IMG/VR virus record: IMGVR_UViG_3300047447_000093
From: a virus
Taxonomy: Duplodnaviria; Heunggongvirae; Uroviricota; Caudoviricetes
DNA length: 64,000 nucleotides
Reading direction: 5' to 3' (one strand)
The stretch's first letter is position 1. The number at the start of each line of letters is the position of its first letter. A program made the position numbers and the translations under genes. The notes below the pieces were generated by a model. That model made no database searches and had not been told where the DNA came from. It saw only the letters and a program-made list of their open reading frames with translations. Shown in pieces: positions 26,447-36,935 of this stretch.

Positions 26447-29400
26447 ATGGATATTGCATCTCTTAACGTAAAAGTGAAGTCAGATGGAATTCAACAGACA
26501 ACAAATCAATTGAATTCTCTTGGCACTGCTGCTGCGAACACAGAAAAAAAAGTACAAAACCTTGTCGATGCTGTTGACAAGATGGTGAAACAATTCGCTG
26601 CGGGAGCATCTTCCACTAAAGCAATGACAGATGCCCTCTCCGTTGTGAATCGATCTACACAAGCATCTGACGCAGCACTGAAATCCTTGACAACCTCTGT
26701 TACGAACCTTCAACGTGAAATCACTTCGCTGAATGGTAGATTACAACAAGGTTCGGGTGCTGTCAACCAGTCTACCGTAACTATTACACACAACACTGCT
26801 GCCATGAATGAGGCGCATGCGGCTGCTAGGGGCTTATCCGGCTCTCTAGGAGTGTTGTGGCTGACATATGGTAATGTTGCCCCTCTTGCCGCTGGTGCGG
26901 CTATTGGCGCTTCTATTAAGCAAATTATATCCATTGGCACTGAAGTACAAAACACCTTAGAGAATATTCGTATCAAAGGTGAAAACAGTATTGACTCTAT
27001 GAAAGACTTATCTGTTTCACTATCTGATTTGGGTAAAGGTATTTATGGCCCTCAAGAAATTGTAAAAGCTCTTGAAACTTTGTCTCTGGCAGGTTTAAAA
27101 GCAAAAGATGCTGTAAATGCTATCGGCGCTGCAATGAACTTAGCTACTGTTGGTGGCACAGATATTAACAAAGCTGCTGAATCTTTAGTGACGATTGGTA
27201 CAGCAGTTGGTGCTACATCTCAGCAATATGACTATTTGGCAGATGGTATTTCCAAAGCTGCTAACATTTCTCTAGCATCTGTTGATAGTATTGCTGAAGC
27301 TGTCAAAAGAGCGTCTGTTGTGAACAAGTTATATGGAGCTTCGTTTGAAGACATCTTAACACAAACTGCTGCTTTGGCACAATTAGGTATTAAGAATTCT
27401 GCTGCTGGTACGGCTATCACAAACTTCTATGCTAATGCACTAGGTGGGACAGAGAAAGCAAAGAAAGCTTTAGATCAACTAGGATTCTCGTTCCAAGATG
27501 CTACTGGCAAGGCAAAACCTCTTGTGTCTGCATTTGAGGAATTTACTGAAAAGCTAAATAAATTTGATCTGAAGTCTCAACAGAAAATTATTACTGAAAT
27601 CTTTGGTGAACGTGCTCTGCGGGATGTTGAAGGTTTACGTGACCTTGTTAATCAAGCTGCGGAATCTACTGAGAGATTGGCAGACGGTACTTTGAAGTAT
27701 AAGAATCGTTTAGAAGAAGTTCAAGCACAGATTCAGGACAGTGCAGGTACGGCTGCATTACAAGCAGCACAGCAAGCTCAGACAACAGAGAACTTAATTA
27801 AATCTGCAATCAACACTTTAAAATCTTCTTTCGGGGATGCATTTAAAGTAATTGAACCTCAGATTGATAGTATTACTCGTAAATTCAGGGAAGTGTTTGC
27901 TTCTAAAGATTTTCAAACTGTGTTGGAGAACATCGCTAAAGGTTTTGCCAATCTGGCAGAATTCATTGCTAACAACATAGCCCCTATTACGGCAGTGGTA
28001 GAAGTGTTTGCTGCGTTCGCCATAGTTTCGGCTGGTGGCGCTCTATTCTCCAAACTAATACCTATTCTTGGTGGTGTAGCTATTCAAATGGGATTTGTTG
28101 CAGAAGGCACTACAGCAGCAACAGTAGCTACAACAGCATTTGGTCGTGCATTAGGATTGCTTCCGGGGATTGGAATGATTCTTGGTGCAGCAGCGGCAGC
28201 ATACACATTATACTCTCTACATGCTGACAAAGCAACGGACTCTACAACAAAATTTGCAGAAGAGAAGAAGAAGCTTTCTGAAGAGTATAATAAAGATTTC
28301 TTGAAAGCGTTGGATGACGAAGCTGACAGATTGAAAAAAGTAAATGATGGTTTATCTCAAGGGTTAACCCTCTCTGAGTCAACTCTAAAATCCACAAAAG
28401 ATTTAGCTCTTGAAAAGCAAAAAGCATACAATCAAGATTCTGTCAATGCTGCACAAGATGCTTTAAAAGATGCAAAGAAAAATCAATTAAAAAATGTTGG
28501 TGACTACATCAATCAAGGCGAGTATTCGAAGAAGGTATTAGAAGCACAAAATGCTTTGAATGCAGCTAAGAAACAGCAACAGGAATTTGATGATCATGCT
28601 GCAAAGAAGGCCGAACAGATTTCTAAAGAGTCTGCTTTCCAAGCTTCCCTACTTCGTGCGCAACAAAACACGAAAGATATTCTTGCCAATGAAAATGCTG
28701 GAACTAAGACATTCACGGAAACAGATAAGAATGCTAAGAAAACCCTCTCTTTCTTAGAACAAGAACGGCTTCACTTGGAACAAATTACTGCCGAGTATAA
28801 TGCCCGTGGAGATGCTTTATTAGCGTCTTACCAGAAGGGCGAAAAAGTAATGGCGGAAAGTGAGCAAGCTCGTGTTCTGGTAAATCAAGCACAAGGGAAG
28901 TATGCCTCCGATGAGATTGCTCGTCAAGAACTTTCTCTTGCAAAAGCTGCTGATGAGGCTAGATTCAGAGCACAAAACATTCAACAGTTGTCAGAACTTG
29001 GTGCAAAACTTCAAGGAATTGTTCAGGGTGAAAAAGCTTATCAAGAAGCTTTTGCAGCGGGGGATACTGCCAGCAAGGGACATTACGAGCGTATCACGGA
29101 GGGGTTGATTAAACAACTTAACCTGACAGATAGTTTAGCAGAGTCTTTACGTAATCTCGCTAAAGAGGCTGACACTGTCAATAAAACTATTGAAGCCCGT
29201 ACTAAGCTTGAAACTGCTGCTAAATCTTCTAAAGTACGTGCAGAGGAATATATAGCACAAGCTGCTGCTATTTCTGAATATGGCAGCAAGGTTAAATCTA
29301 CAGCACTTGACTCAGCAAAAGCTAAAGTGGCGGAAGCTGATTTAAATGATGAAGCATCCAAAACAATTGCCAATAATTACATCAAAGCAGCAAGCTATGA

Positions 29401-32398
29401 AACTGTAGAAAAAGCTTTAGTAAATATTACAAAGATTGGTGCTCAATCTGCTGAAGAAGAAGACAAAGCGCAGGCTGACAGTTTGTTAATCTTTGCTGAT
29501 ACAGAGAAAAAGAAAGTTCAAGTCAAGGCAGATGCTGCTAAGAAAATTATCTCTTATAATTTGGCACAAGCTAAAGTTGCTGCTGACTCTGGTGATAAGG
29601 ATACCATTGATGCCTACGAGAAAGCAAAGATATCTTCTGTCAATGCTATTGCACAGATTGACAGGACAACCATTCTCAAAACTCACAACATCGAGTTAGA
29701 AGACTGGAAGAAAACAGCTAATCAAATTGTTGATGCAACTATCGAAGGTTTTGAACGTTCCCGCGATCAAGGATTAAGCATTTGGAAATCCTTAACTAAC
29801 TCTATCAAAGACATGTTTAAAAAGACAATCTTTGATTATATTAAAAAAGAGTTTGCAAAACCTATCCTTCTTAATCTTGTTGCAAGTACAGCCGGTACGC
29901 TTGGTTTCTCAAGCTTGTCTGAAACGGCTGGTAAGATGGCTGGAAGTTCTTCTGGTTCAAGTGCAATTAGTTTAGCATCTGCTGCTAACAATATTTACAA
30001 AGCTATTAGCGGCGGTTTTGATGGGTTAGCCTCTTCAATTTCTAATGTGGCTCAAAGTGGAATAAACATGCTCGGGCCTAACTCTGGATTATACACAGGG
30101 GAGGCAACTTCTGGTATTGCAAACACTCCTCTTGCTAATGGTATTGGCACTGCTGGTAGTGCCATAGCGGGGATTGCCGGTGGAATTTATGGTGGGCGTG
30201 CAATCTCTGGTGGTTATTCTGCATTTGGTAGCTCTGGGAATAGTGCTGTAAACACTGGTACTGCTGTTGGTGCTGTTGTTGGTTCTATTGTACCTGTTCT
30301 TGGTACGGCACTAGGGGCTTTAATTGGTGGATTGATTGGTGGTTCTGTTAATCGTTTGTTTGGACACAAAGCTAAAGAGATTCAGTCGCAAGGTATTCGC
30401 GGAACTTTAAGTGGTGATGCAGCAACTGGTGAAAACTATGCTAATTGGATTCAAAAGGGTGGTTTGTTCAGGAGCGATAAAAAGGGAACAGAGACATCTG
30501 CTATTACTTCAGATATTCAAAATACATTAACCAGTAGCTTTAACCAACTGAAATCTACAGTAGGATATTTTGCTAAAGATGTTGGTGTTGGTACTTCTGC
30601 ATTAGATGGCTTCACAAAACAATTTGATATTGCATTTGGAACTGATGCACAAAAGAATCAAGAAGCTGTAACAAAATTCTTCACAGATTTAGGTGATGAG
30701 TTTGTTACAAAGCTGATTCCTAACATATCTGACTTTGCAAGACAGGGTGAAACTGCTTCTCAAACTTTGGAAAGATTGTCCGCAACTTTCAAAATCACAA
30801 ATCAAATTGTTGAGATTCTGGGTAAAACTGGAGAGCAAGCATTTGGTAGTGTAGGGCTGGCATCGGATAAAGCTCGTGAACGTCTGATTGATTTAGCTGG
30901 TGGTATTGATAAACTTGGCTCTAAAGTTACAGCTTATGCTTCTGATTTCTTAACGGATGCTGAGAAAATAGCTCCTGTGAAGAAAGCAGTTAATGAAGCA
31001 TTGACATCTCTCGGATTAGCTGGTGTAACAACTAAAGAGCAATTCAAAAATATTGTCAACGGACTTGACCTTACTTCTGAAGCTGGTGCAAAACTGTTCA
31101 ATGATTTACTAGACTTAGCTCCTGCATTTGCCCAAGTGGCTGATGCTGCTGATTCTGCTGCACAGGCTGCTAAAGACGCTGCTGAAGCTGCTGAAGAGGC
31201 ACAGAAAGCTGCTTTTGAAGCTGCTATGAAAGGTGTAGATGCTTCTTTCAACAGACTGAAGAAATCTGTTGATGTACAGAAGGCTATGGAGAATGATAGG
31301 TACAACCAAGAAGTAGCATTTATTAAGGCAGTAGGAGAGGCACGTAAAAATGCTGCTCAAGCTGAATTAGATACTGCTAAACAAACTGTCAATACTTTGT
31401 CTGGTATTTTAAGTAGCTTGCAGAATGCTTTGGTCAGCACAAAAGTTGAATCTGTGGCACTAGACAAAGCTCGCCGTGTTTCTGCTCAAACTTATTTGGC
31501 ATCTATTCGTGGAACAGACTTATCTAAAGCCTCTGGATTAAATGATGCCCTTGGAAATGTTTCTGGTGACTCTAAGCAGTTCTTCGCAACATTTGAAGAG
31601 TATGCTTTGGATCAAGCTAAGACATCCAATTTAATTTCTGGCTTAGTTAATGAAACCACTATTAGCAAGAGTTTTGCAGAATTGACAGTTGAACGTTTGA
31701 ATGATACAATTACAGCAATTCAAAATTCTACAGATGCTCAATTATCTGCTGCTGAAAGTCATCACAATGACGAAATAGCCAAGTTGGATAAGGTTATTGA
31801 TGCGGCTCAGTTACAAATTGATGCATTAAATGGAATTCAAACTGCTGTTCTTTCTGTTACATCTGCTATTGCTAATTTCAATGCTGCTGTTAATGCTGCG
31901 GTAGGTGCGGGAGGTAGTGTAGGTGGTAATCCTAGCCCTACTTATAGTGGAACAGGTAGTAGTAGTGGCAGTATCCCTAGCAATGGCGGTGGTGGTCTTG
32001 GTAGTATGTACGTCAACCCTATTGGCTCTGGTACAGGTGGTTCTGAGTCTAATCCGTTCTTCTGGGAAAACACTGTCTGGGACTTCATGCGCAATGGAGC
32101 ATACGTAGATGGTAGCCATGCATCTGGTTTAGGTTATGTTCCGTTCGACGGTTATATTGCAGAGCTTCACAAAGGCGAGCGAGTTATGACCGCTGCCGAC
32201 AATGCAAACCTCTCTCGCCAAGCAGATAGTGCAAGTAGTGGTTCTTCTCAAGATATTAACTCTCTGAAAGCTTCCATTGAAGACTTGAAGCAAGCAATTG
32301 TTTCTGGAGATATTGCAGTAGTTGGATATCTGAGAGAGATGTTACAGATTGATCGTCGTTGGGATCAAGACGGATTACCTGCCACACGAGAAGTGTAA
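26447..32398 (+). CDS. tail tape measure protein
   Basis: 1983 aa. Extended Ala/Lys/Glu/Gln-rich coiled-coil region, Gly-rich hydrophobic segments, downstream of the chaperone pair. Confidence 0.85.
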   Translation: MDIASLNVKVKSDGIQQTTNQLNSLGTAAANTEKKVQNLVDAVDKMVKQFAAGASSTKAMTDALSVVNRSTQASDAALKSLTTSVTNLQREITSLNGRLQQGSGAVNQSTVTITHNTAAMNEAHAAARGLSGSLGVLWLTYGNVAPLAAGAAIGASIKQIISIGTEVQNTLENIRIKGENSIDSMKDLSVSLSDLGKGIYGPQEIVKALETLSLAGLKAKDAVNAIGAAMNLATVGGTDINKAAESLVTIGTAVGATSQQYDYLADGISKAANISLASVDSIAEAVKRASVVNKLYGASFEDILTQTAALAQLGIKNSAAGTAITNFYANALGGTEKAKKALDQLGFSFQDATGKAKPLVSAFEEFTEKLNKFDLKSQQKIITEIFGERALRDVEGLRDLVNQAAESTERLADGTLKYKNRLEEVQAQIQDSAGTAALQAAQQAQTTENLIKSAINTLKSSFGDAFKVIEPQIDSITRKFREVFASKDFQTVLENIAKGFANLAEFIANNIAPITAVVEVFAAFAIVSAGGALFSKLIPILGGVAIQMGFVAEGTTAATVATTAFGRALGLLPGIGMILGAAAAAYTLYSLHADKATDSTTKFAEEKKKLSEEYNKDFLKALDDEADRLKKVNDGLSQGLTLSESTLKSTKDLALEKQKAYNQDSVNAAQDALKDAKKNQLKNVGDYINQGEYSKKVLEAQNALNAAKKQQQEFDDHAAKKAEQISKESAFQASLLRAQQNTKDILANENAGTKTFTETDKNAKKTLSFLEQERLHLEQITAEYNARGDALLASYQKGEKVMAESEQARVLVNQAQGKYASDEIARQELSLAKAADEARFRAQNIQQLSELGAKLQGIVQGEKAYQEAFAAGDTASKGHYERITEGLIKQLNLTDSLAESLRNLAKEADTVNKTIEARTKLETAAKSSKVRAEEYIAQAAAISEYGSKVKSTALDSAKAKVAEADLNDEASKTIANNYIKAASYETVEKALVNITKIGAQSAEEEDKAQADSLLIFADTEKKKVQVKADAAKKIISYNLAQAKVAADSGDKDTIDAYEKAKISSVNAIAQIDRTTILKTHNIELEDWKKTANQIVDATIEGFERSRDQGLSIWKSLTNSIKDMFKKTIFDYIKKEFAKPILLNLVASTAGTLGFSSLSETAGKMAGSSSGSSAISLASAANNIYKAISGGFDGLASSISNVAQSGINMLGPNSGLYTGEATSGIANTPLANGIGTAGSAIAGIAGGIYGGRAISGGYSAFGSSGNSAVNTGTAVGAVVGSIVPVLGTALGALIGGLIGGSVNRLFGHKAKEIQSQGIRGTLSGDAATGENYANWIQKGGLFRSDKKGTETSAITSDIQNTLTSSFNQLKSTVGYFAKDVGVGTSALDGFTKQFDIAFGTDAQKNQEAVTKFFTDLGDEFVTKLIPNISDFARQGETASQTLERLSATFKITNQIVEILGKTGEQAFGSVGLASDKARERLIDLAGGIDKLGSKVTAYASDFLTDAEKIAPVKKAVNEALTSLGLAGVTTKEQFKNIVNGLDLTSEAGAKLFNDLLDLAPAFAQVADAADSAAQAAKDAAEAAEEAQKAAFEAAMKGVDASFNRLKKSVDVQKAMENDRYNQEVAFIKAVGEARKNAAQAELDTAKQTVNTLSGILSSLQNALVSTKVESVALDKARRVSAQTYLASIRGTDLSKASGLNDALGNVSGDSKQFFATFEEYALDQAKTSNLISGLVNETTISKSFAELTVERLNDTITAIQNSTDAQLSAAESHHNDEIAKLDKVIDAAQLQIDALNGIQTAVLSVTSAIANFNAAVNAAVGAGGSVGGNPSPTYSGTGSSSGSIPSNGGGGLGSMYVNPIGSGTGGSESNPFFWENTVWDFMRNGAYVDGSHASGLGYVPFDGYIAELHKGERVMTAADNANLSRQADSASSGSSQDINSLKASIEDLKQAIVSGDIAVVGYLREMLQIDRRWDQDGLPATREV

Positions 32399-32467
32399 TG
32401 GAATGGGGGCTTTTGCCCCCTTCTTTCAAGGAGATATAAAATTAAAATAGTAAGTCCTCAAACTGTT

Positions 32468-33601
32468 GTGGACAGTGCATTAGTCTCAAGTAACGTGAGT
32501 GCTACCAGTGCAACAGCGTGGAGTGCTAGCACAGTATATGTTCTTGGGGATATTGTACAGTATGACGCAACAAATAGCCATCGTACATTCCAATCTAAAC
32601 TTGGAGTGACAAGTACAGTAACCATAACTATTGCCTCCCCGGCTGTTGTAACAATGACAGGACATGGACAAGTGGCAAACACACCTTGGCAAGCATCCAC
32701 TACGGGTGCTCTGCCTACAGGTATTGTAGCAGGAACAGTGTACTACATCCTAGCTCCTACTGCAAACACTTTCAACCTGTCTGCAACTCCCGGTGGTGCA
32801 GCAATTAATACAACTGGCACTCAATCTGGCACGCATACAGCTAAAGCTTCTTTGAATTATAACAAAAATCCTTCTACAGATGACGGGACAAATTGGATTA
32901 ATACAGGAAGTACAAATCGTTGGAAGATGTTCGATCAAAGCGTTCAAAGTCAGACAACAAACTCTAATACAATTGATGCTGTAGTTACTTTTTCGTCTAT
33001 TGTAGATACTGTTGCATTTCTTAATTTAAGTGCTCAATCGGTTAGAGTAAAGGTAACACATCCTGTAGATGGGATATTGTATGACCAAACACAAACACTA
33101 CCATCCAGTTCTGGTATTACTGATTGGTACACTTATTTCTTTACCCCAATCAGACGGAAGACAGATATTGTATTTTATGATTTACCTAAATATTCCAATG
33201 TCCAAATTGAAGTGATTGTAAGTAATACAGGAGGTACAGCAGGTTGCGGCGGTTGTATATTTGGGCAAACTACCGACATTTCTAGTGAAGGGTTGGGCGT
33301 AGAGCATGGCGCTAAACTAGGTATTCAAGATTATTCGATTAAGAGCACTGATGACTTTGGTAATTTTAACATTGTCCAGCGAGCTTTTAACAGAAGAACA
33401 GATTTTAATATTTTCATCAATAACACAGATTTAGACTATGTTTACAATTTGTTGTCTGAAAGAAGGGCTATACCAACATTATATATTGGAAGTTCTAGAT
33501 TCGGTTCAACACTTGTTTACGGATTCTATAAAGATTTTAGTATTGATATTTCTTATTACGATTGTTCTGTAGTTTCAATTACATTAGAAGGACTCACATA
33601 A
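32468..33601 (+). CDS. distal tail / tail tip protein candidate
   Basis: 377 aa, first gene after TMP. Start uncertain: GTG 32468 has a weak RBS; AAGGAGA at 32428 is spaced for an in-frame ATT at 32441. Confidence 0.35.
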   Translation: MDSALVSSNVSATSATAWSASTVYVLGDIVQYDATNSHRTFQSKLGVTSTVTITIASPAVVTMTGHGQVANTPWQASTTGALPTGIVAGTVYYILAPTANTFNLSATPGGAAINTTGTQSGTHTAKASLNYNKNPSTDDGTNWINTGSTNRWKMFDQSVQSQTTNSNTIDAVVTFSSIVDTVAFLNLSAQSVRVKVTHPVDGILYDQTQTLPSSSGITDWYTYFFTPIRRKTDIVFYDLPKYSNVQIEVIVSNTGGTAGCGGCIFGQTTDISSEGLGVEHGAKLGIQDYSIKSTDDFGNFNIVQRAFNRRTDFNIFINNTDLDYVYNLLSERRAIPTLYIGSSRFGSTLVYGFYKDFSIDISYYDCSVVSITLEGLT

Positions 33602-33602
33602 T

Positions 33603-34037
33603 ATGGTTGCACAAGTAACTCCGCTACCAACTCCTCCAAATAGGAGTATGGATAGCTCAACATTCACTTCTACAGCGGACAGTTTTCTAGGCGCACTTCC
33701 TACATTTGGTACAGAAATTAACGCAGTAGCATCTGAAGTGAGTGCTAATGCCGTGTCTGCTGATGTAGATGCGAACACAGCTACGGCACAGGCATTAATC
33801 GCGGCTAATGCTGCTGAAGCTGCTTTGTCCAGTGCAGGAGTGACCCTTTGGGTAAGCGGGAACACCTACGCACAGGGTGTAACAGTGATTAGTCCTGCCA
33901 ACTCTCTTGCATTTAGGAAGAAAACACCATCAAGCAGTTCTACTACAGACCCAAACAATGACCCTGTGAATTGGCTCCCCATCGGGGGATCACCAGTTGG
34001 CACTCTTTACGCAAATAATAATTTCGGAGGTTTTTAA
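33603..34037 (+). CDS. tail protein (hypothetical)
   Basis: 144 aa, Ala/Thr/Ser-rich. Confidence 0.3.
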   Translation: MVAQVTPLPTPPNRSMDSSTFTSTADSFLGALPTFGTEINAVASEVSANAVSADVDANTATAQALIAANAAEAALSSAGVTLWVSGNTYAQGVTVISPANSLAFRKKTPSSSSTTDPNNDPVNWLPIGGSPVGTLYANNNFGGF

Positions 34038-34040
34038 ACT

Positions 34041-34442
34041 ATGGCAGCAAATATTCAACCAATCTTTCCCGCATCTCCTGTGATCGGTATTGCTACCCTT
34101 ACTTCGGCTACAGCAATTACTTCTCGTGCCAATATTACAGGTACAACAGGTTTGGTGCAGCTTACTCCTACATCAACAAACGGTAAACGAGTAGACAGCA
34201 TTACAGTTAAGTCTAAAGCCACATCTGTAGCTAGTATTATCAGTATTTGGATTTATAACGGCACTACTTCTTTCCTCTATGACGAGATTGACGTAACAGC
34301 AGTGACAGCAAGCACCACAGTAGATTCATTCTCTGTGAGAAAAACTTACAGTGATTTAATACTCCCCCCTACTTATCAACTTTATATCTCTCAGACAGTT
34401 CAAACAGATGTAAATGTGTATGCTAATGGTGGAGATTACTAA
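34041..34442 (+). CDS. tail protein (hypothetical)
   Basis: 133 aa. Confidence 0.3.
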   Translation: MAANIQPIFPASPVIGIATLTSATAITSRANITGTTGLVQLTPTSTNGKRVDSITVKSKATSVASIISIWIYNGTTSFLYDEIDVTAVTASTTVDSFSVRKTYSDLILPPTYQLYISQTVQTDVNVYANGGDY

Positions 34443-34444
34443 TC

Positions 34445-35302
34445 ATGACTTTTCCAAACAGTTTTGCACTTCCCCCTCAAGCTAAGTCTCAAATTTTTAC
34501 AACATCTGGTAAATTTTATCCTAAGCCAGATGCAAGTTTCTACGTCATTGATTTGGCTGGGGGTGGCGGTAGTGGGGGTAGTGGTGGATCGTCAAATGGA
34601 GGGGGAGGTGGTGCTAGAAATATTAGGATAATTCCAGCAAACTTTGTGACTGGAGTTGTTAGTGTGACTGTCGCTGCGGGTGGTGCAGCAGTGACGGCGG
34701 GGGCCAATGGCAATGTTGGTGGAACAACGTCATTCGGGTCTTTGATGTCTGCTTATGGAGGTGGCGGGGGTAGTAACTCAGGAACTCCCGGTGGTGGCGG
34801 TGGGACGTTAGGGCCGGGAAGTAATTCTAACGGTGTTGGTGGTGCTCCTTCTAACACCAGTAGTTCCTCGACAAACGGTGGTGGCGGAGGAAATGGAGCA
34901 ACTTCATCGAGCGGCACCAAGGCGGAATACGGTGGCGGTGGTGGTGGGCAGTATGGTTCTGCTAGTGTTGGTGGTGATGGTGGTGGTTCTTTCTATGGCG
35001 CAGGAGGTGGGGGCGGCATGGGTTCCAGCAATGTTGGTGGTGCTGGTGGTGCTCACGGACTTTGGGGTATTGGCGGGGGTGGTACTGGAGGCCCGAATAG
35101 TGGTACTGGTAATGGCTCTCCGGGACAGTCAGTACCCGCTAATTCTAACCTCTGTGGTAGTGGTGGTGGTGGCTGTTCTAGTGGCGGTTCTATAGGTAAT
35201 GGTGGTGATGGAGGATTTCCCGGTGGCGGTGGTGGTGCTGGTCTTACTGGTGCTCTCTCTGGTGCCGGTGGTAATGGCGTTGCCCGTATTTATTGGTGGT
35301 AA
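34445..35302 (+). CDS. glycine-rich protein (tail fibre-like, low complexity)
   Basis: 285 aa, >45% Gly in GGGG/GGS runs, ending ARIYWW. Confidence 0.45.
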   Translation: MTFPNSFALPPQAKSQIFTTSGKFYPKPDASFYVIDLAGGGGSGGSGGSSNGGGGGARNIRIIPANFVTGVVSVTVAAGGAAVTAGANGNVGGTTSFGSLMSAYGGGGGSNSGTPGGGGGTLGPGSNSNGVGGAPSNTSSSSTNGGGGGNGATSSSGTKAEYGGGGGGQYGSASVGGDGGGSFYGAGGGGGMGSSNVGGAGGAHGLWGIGGGGTGGPNSGTGNGSPGQSVPANSNLCGSGGGGCSSGGSIGNGGDGGFPGGGGGAGLTGALSGAGGNGVARIYWW

Positions 35303-35316
35303 ATATTCACTAAAAT

Positions 35317-35730
35317 TTGGATAAAAGGAAAAACAATATGCGTGCAGCACAACTAGAAAATAACGTAGTAATTAACTATGCACTTGTAGGAGGTTTTGAC
35401 GGAGTTGAATTCGTAGACCCTCTAGATTCCGTTCTCGGATCAACGTGGGACGGAACAAGCTTCACACCTCCTGCCCCTGTTCCTCCTGTCGTTCCAGCCT
35501 TAGTGACAATGAGACAGGCACGTCTAGCACTATTTGCAAATGGGAAACTGGATGCTGTAGGGCCAGCAATTAACTCACTACCTAGTCCTACGAAAGAACA
35601 AGCACAAATAGAGTGGGATTATTCCTCCTCTGTAGAGCGTAATCGCCCTCTTGTGCAAGCGCTCGGGCCATTGTTAGGATTGACAGAGGAAGACCTTGAC
35701 AACCTATTTATACAGGCTGCTACATTATGA
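35317..35730 (+). CDS. hypothetical protein
   Basis: 137 aa with a Pro-rich linker (PPAPVPPVVP). Confidence 0.3.
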   Translation: MDKRKNNMRAAQLENNVVINYALVGGFDGVEFVDPLDSVLGSTWDGTSFTPPAPVPPVVPALVTMRQARLALFANGKLDAVGPAINSLPSPTKEQAQIEWDYSSSVERNRPLVQALGPLLGLTEEDLDNLFIQAATL

Positions 35731-36230
35731 AATACGCAGAATACAGAAAGAATGTTAAAAGTGGTGACATAATTGCGCTCTCTCATTATGAATGGGCTTC
35801 TTGGAGAGACTTACAGATTCAAGCCGTAAGGCTTTTCACCGAGAGTGAGTACAGCCACGTTGGGCTTATTTGGAAAGTTAGTGGTAGATTATTTGTAATA
35901 GAGGCTGTCACACCTTTCATTCGCATTGTACCTCTGTCTCAATATGCTAAAGATGGGTTCTATCACGTCCCGATGAAGAAACCAATGTCTTCTCAGGAAT
36001 TAGAATATGCATTGTCAGAAGTAGGTGTAGGAGGATATTCTAAACTAGAAGCAATCAAAGGCTTTCTCAAAACACTAAGGATTGGTGACAACCACGAATG
36101 GCAATGTAGTGAATTCGTCATAGCCTGTAGAAACATCTCTGGAGTATTTTTAGGAGATACAGCTACACCTAGTGCTGTGGTACAAGCTGCACTCTCTCAA
36201 GGAAACACTTTGAATTACGTGAAGGATTAA
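35727..36230 (+). CDS. putative permuted papain-fold (NlpC/P60 superfamily) hydrolase
   Basis: The His motif SEYSHVGLIW precedes the Cys motif EWQCSEFV, the order seen in permuted NlpC/P60 enzymes. Adjacent to the lysis genes. Confidence 0.3.
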   Translation: MKYAEYRKNVKSGDIIALSHYEWASWRDLQIQAVRLFTESEYSHVGLIWKVSGRLFVIEAVTPFIRIVPLSQYAKDGFYHVPMKKPMSSQELEYALSEVGVGGYSKLEAIKGFLKTLRIGDNHEWQCSEFVIACRNISGVFLGDTATPSAVVQAALSQGNTLNYVKD

Positions 36231-36231
36231 T

Positions 36232-36510
36232 ATGGAAGCTAGTGTTTTATTGTGGATTGCACAAGCTGTTTTAGGCGCGTTTGCAGCAGTGTTGTGGTTC
36301 CTCTTTCAAGATGTAAAATCAAAAGCAGAGAAGGCAACTAATGACCTCGCAGAATTCAAAACAATAGTAGCTCAAGTGTACGTTAGCCACACAGCTTTAA
36401 AAGACACACTTGGGGATATTAAAGAAATGTTCCGAGATTACGAAACAAAGATGGATCAACGTCTTAATCGTATTGAGGATAAGCTAGATGAAGTTAGAAG
36501 TAAACAGTAA
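36232..36510 (+). CDS. membrane-anchored coiled-coil protein (holin or i-spanin-like)
   Basis: 92 aa, one N-terminal TM helix then a charged coiled-coil. Directly upstream of the endolysin. Confidence 0.3.
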   Translation: MEASVLLWIAQAVLGAFAAVLWFLFQDVKSKAEKATNDLAEFKTIVAQVYVSHTALKDTLGDIKEMFRDYETKMDQRLNRIEDKLDEVRSKQ

Positions 36511-36521
36511 AGGAACAAATA

Positions 36522-36935
36522 ATGATTAACAGTAGAAACGTCAACGACCTAACAGGTGACATGCAACATCGCTGTCAGAAGTTTATTGCCATGTGCAAGG
36601 ATGCTGGAATTGATGTTATTGTGACATCCACATATCGTGACCTTGAATCACAAAATGCCTTGTACGCACAAGGTAGAACAACTCCGGGCAGGATTGTCAC
36701 CAATGCAAAAGCTGGATATTCTGCGCACAACTTCCGTAGAGCGTTTGACATCTGCATCGTGGTAAATGGCAAGGCTGTGTGGGATGACCTTGACCTTTAT
36801 AAGCAATGTGGAGAAATTGGAGAGAAGTGTGGATTAGATTGGGCCGGTTCTTGGAAATCCTTTAAAGAGTATGTACATTTCCAAGAAAAAGACCTTGACA
36901 TGGGTGCTTTGCGGAAAGAATACGGAGTGAAATAA
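36522..36935 (+). CDS. endolysin, peptidase M15 family (VanY/L-alanyl-D-glutamate peptidase-like)
   Basis: TSTYRDLESQNALYAQG...PGYSAHNFRRAFDI...EYVHFQ fits the SxxR..Q..LY...PGxSxHxxGxAxD...WHf pattern of Peptidase_M15_4. No cell-wall-binding domain. Confidence 0.7.
   Translation: MINSRNVNDLTGDMQHRCQKFIAMCKDAGIDVIVTSTYRDLESQNALYAQGRTTPGRIVTNAKAGYSAHNFRRAFDICIVVNGKAVWDDLDLYKQCGEIGEKCGLDWAGSWKSFKEYVHFQEKDLDMGALRKEYGVK

Noticed and set aside
34833-35195. 120-aa alternative-frame ORF inside the glycine-rich gene
   Set aside because: Frame-shifted reading of GGN repeats gives a Val/Leu-rich artefact.
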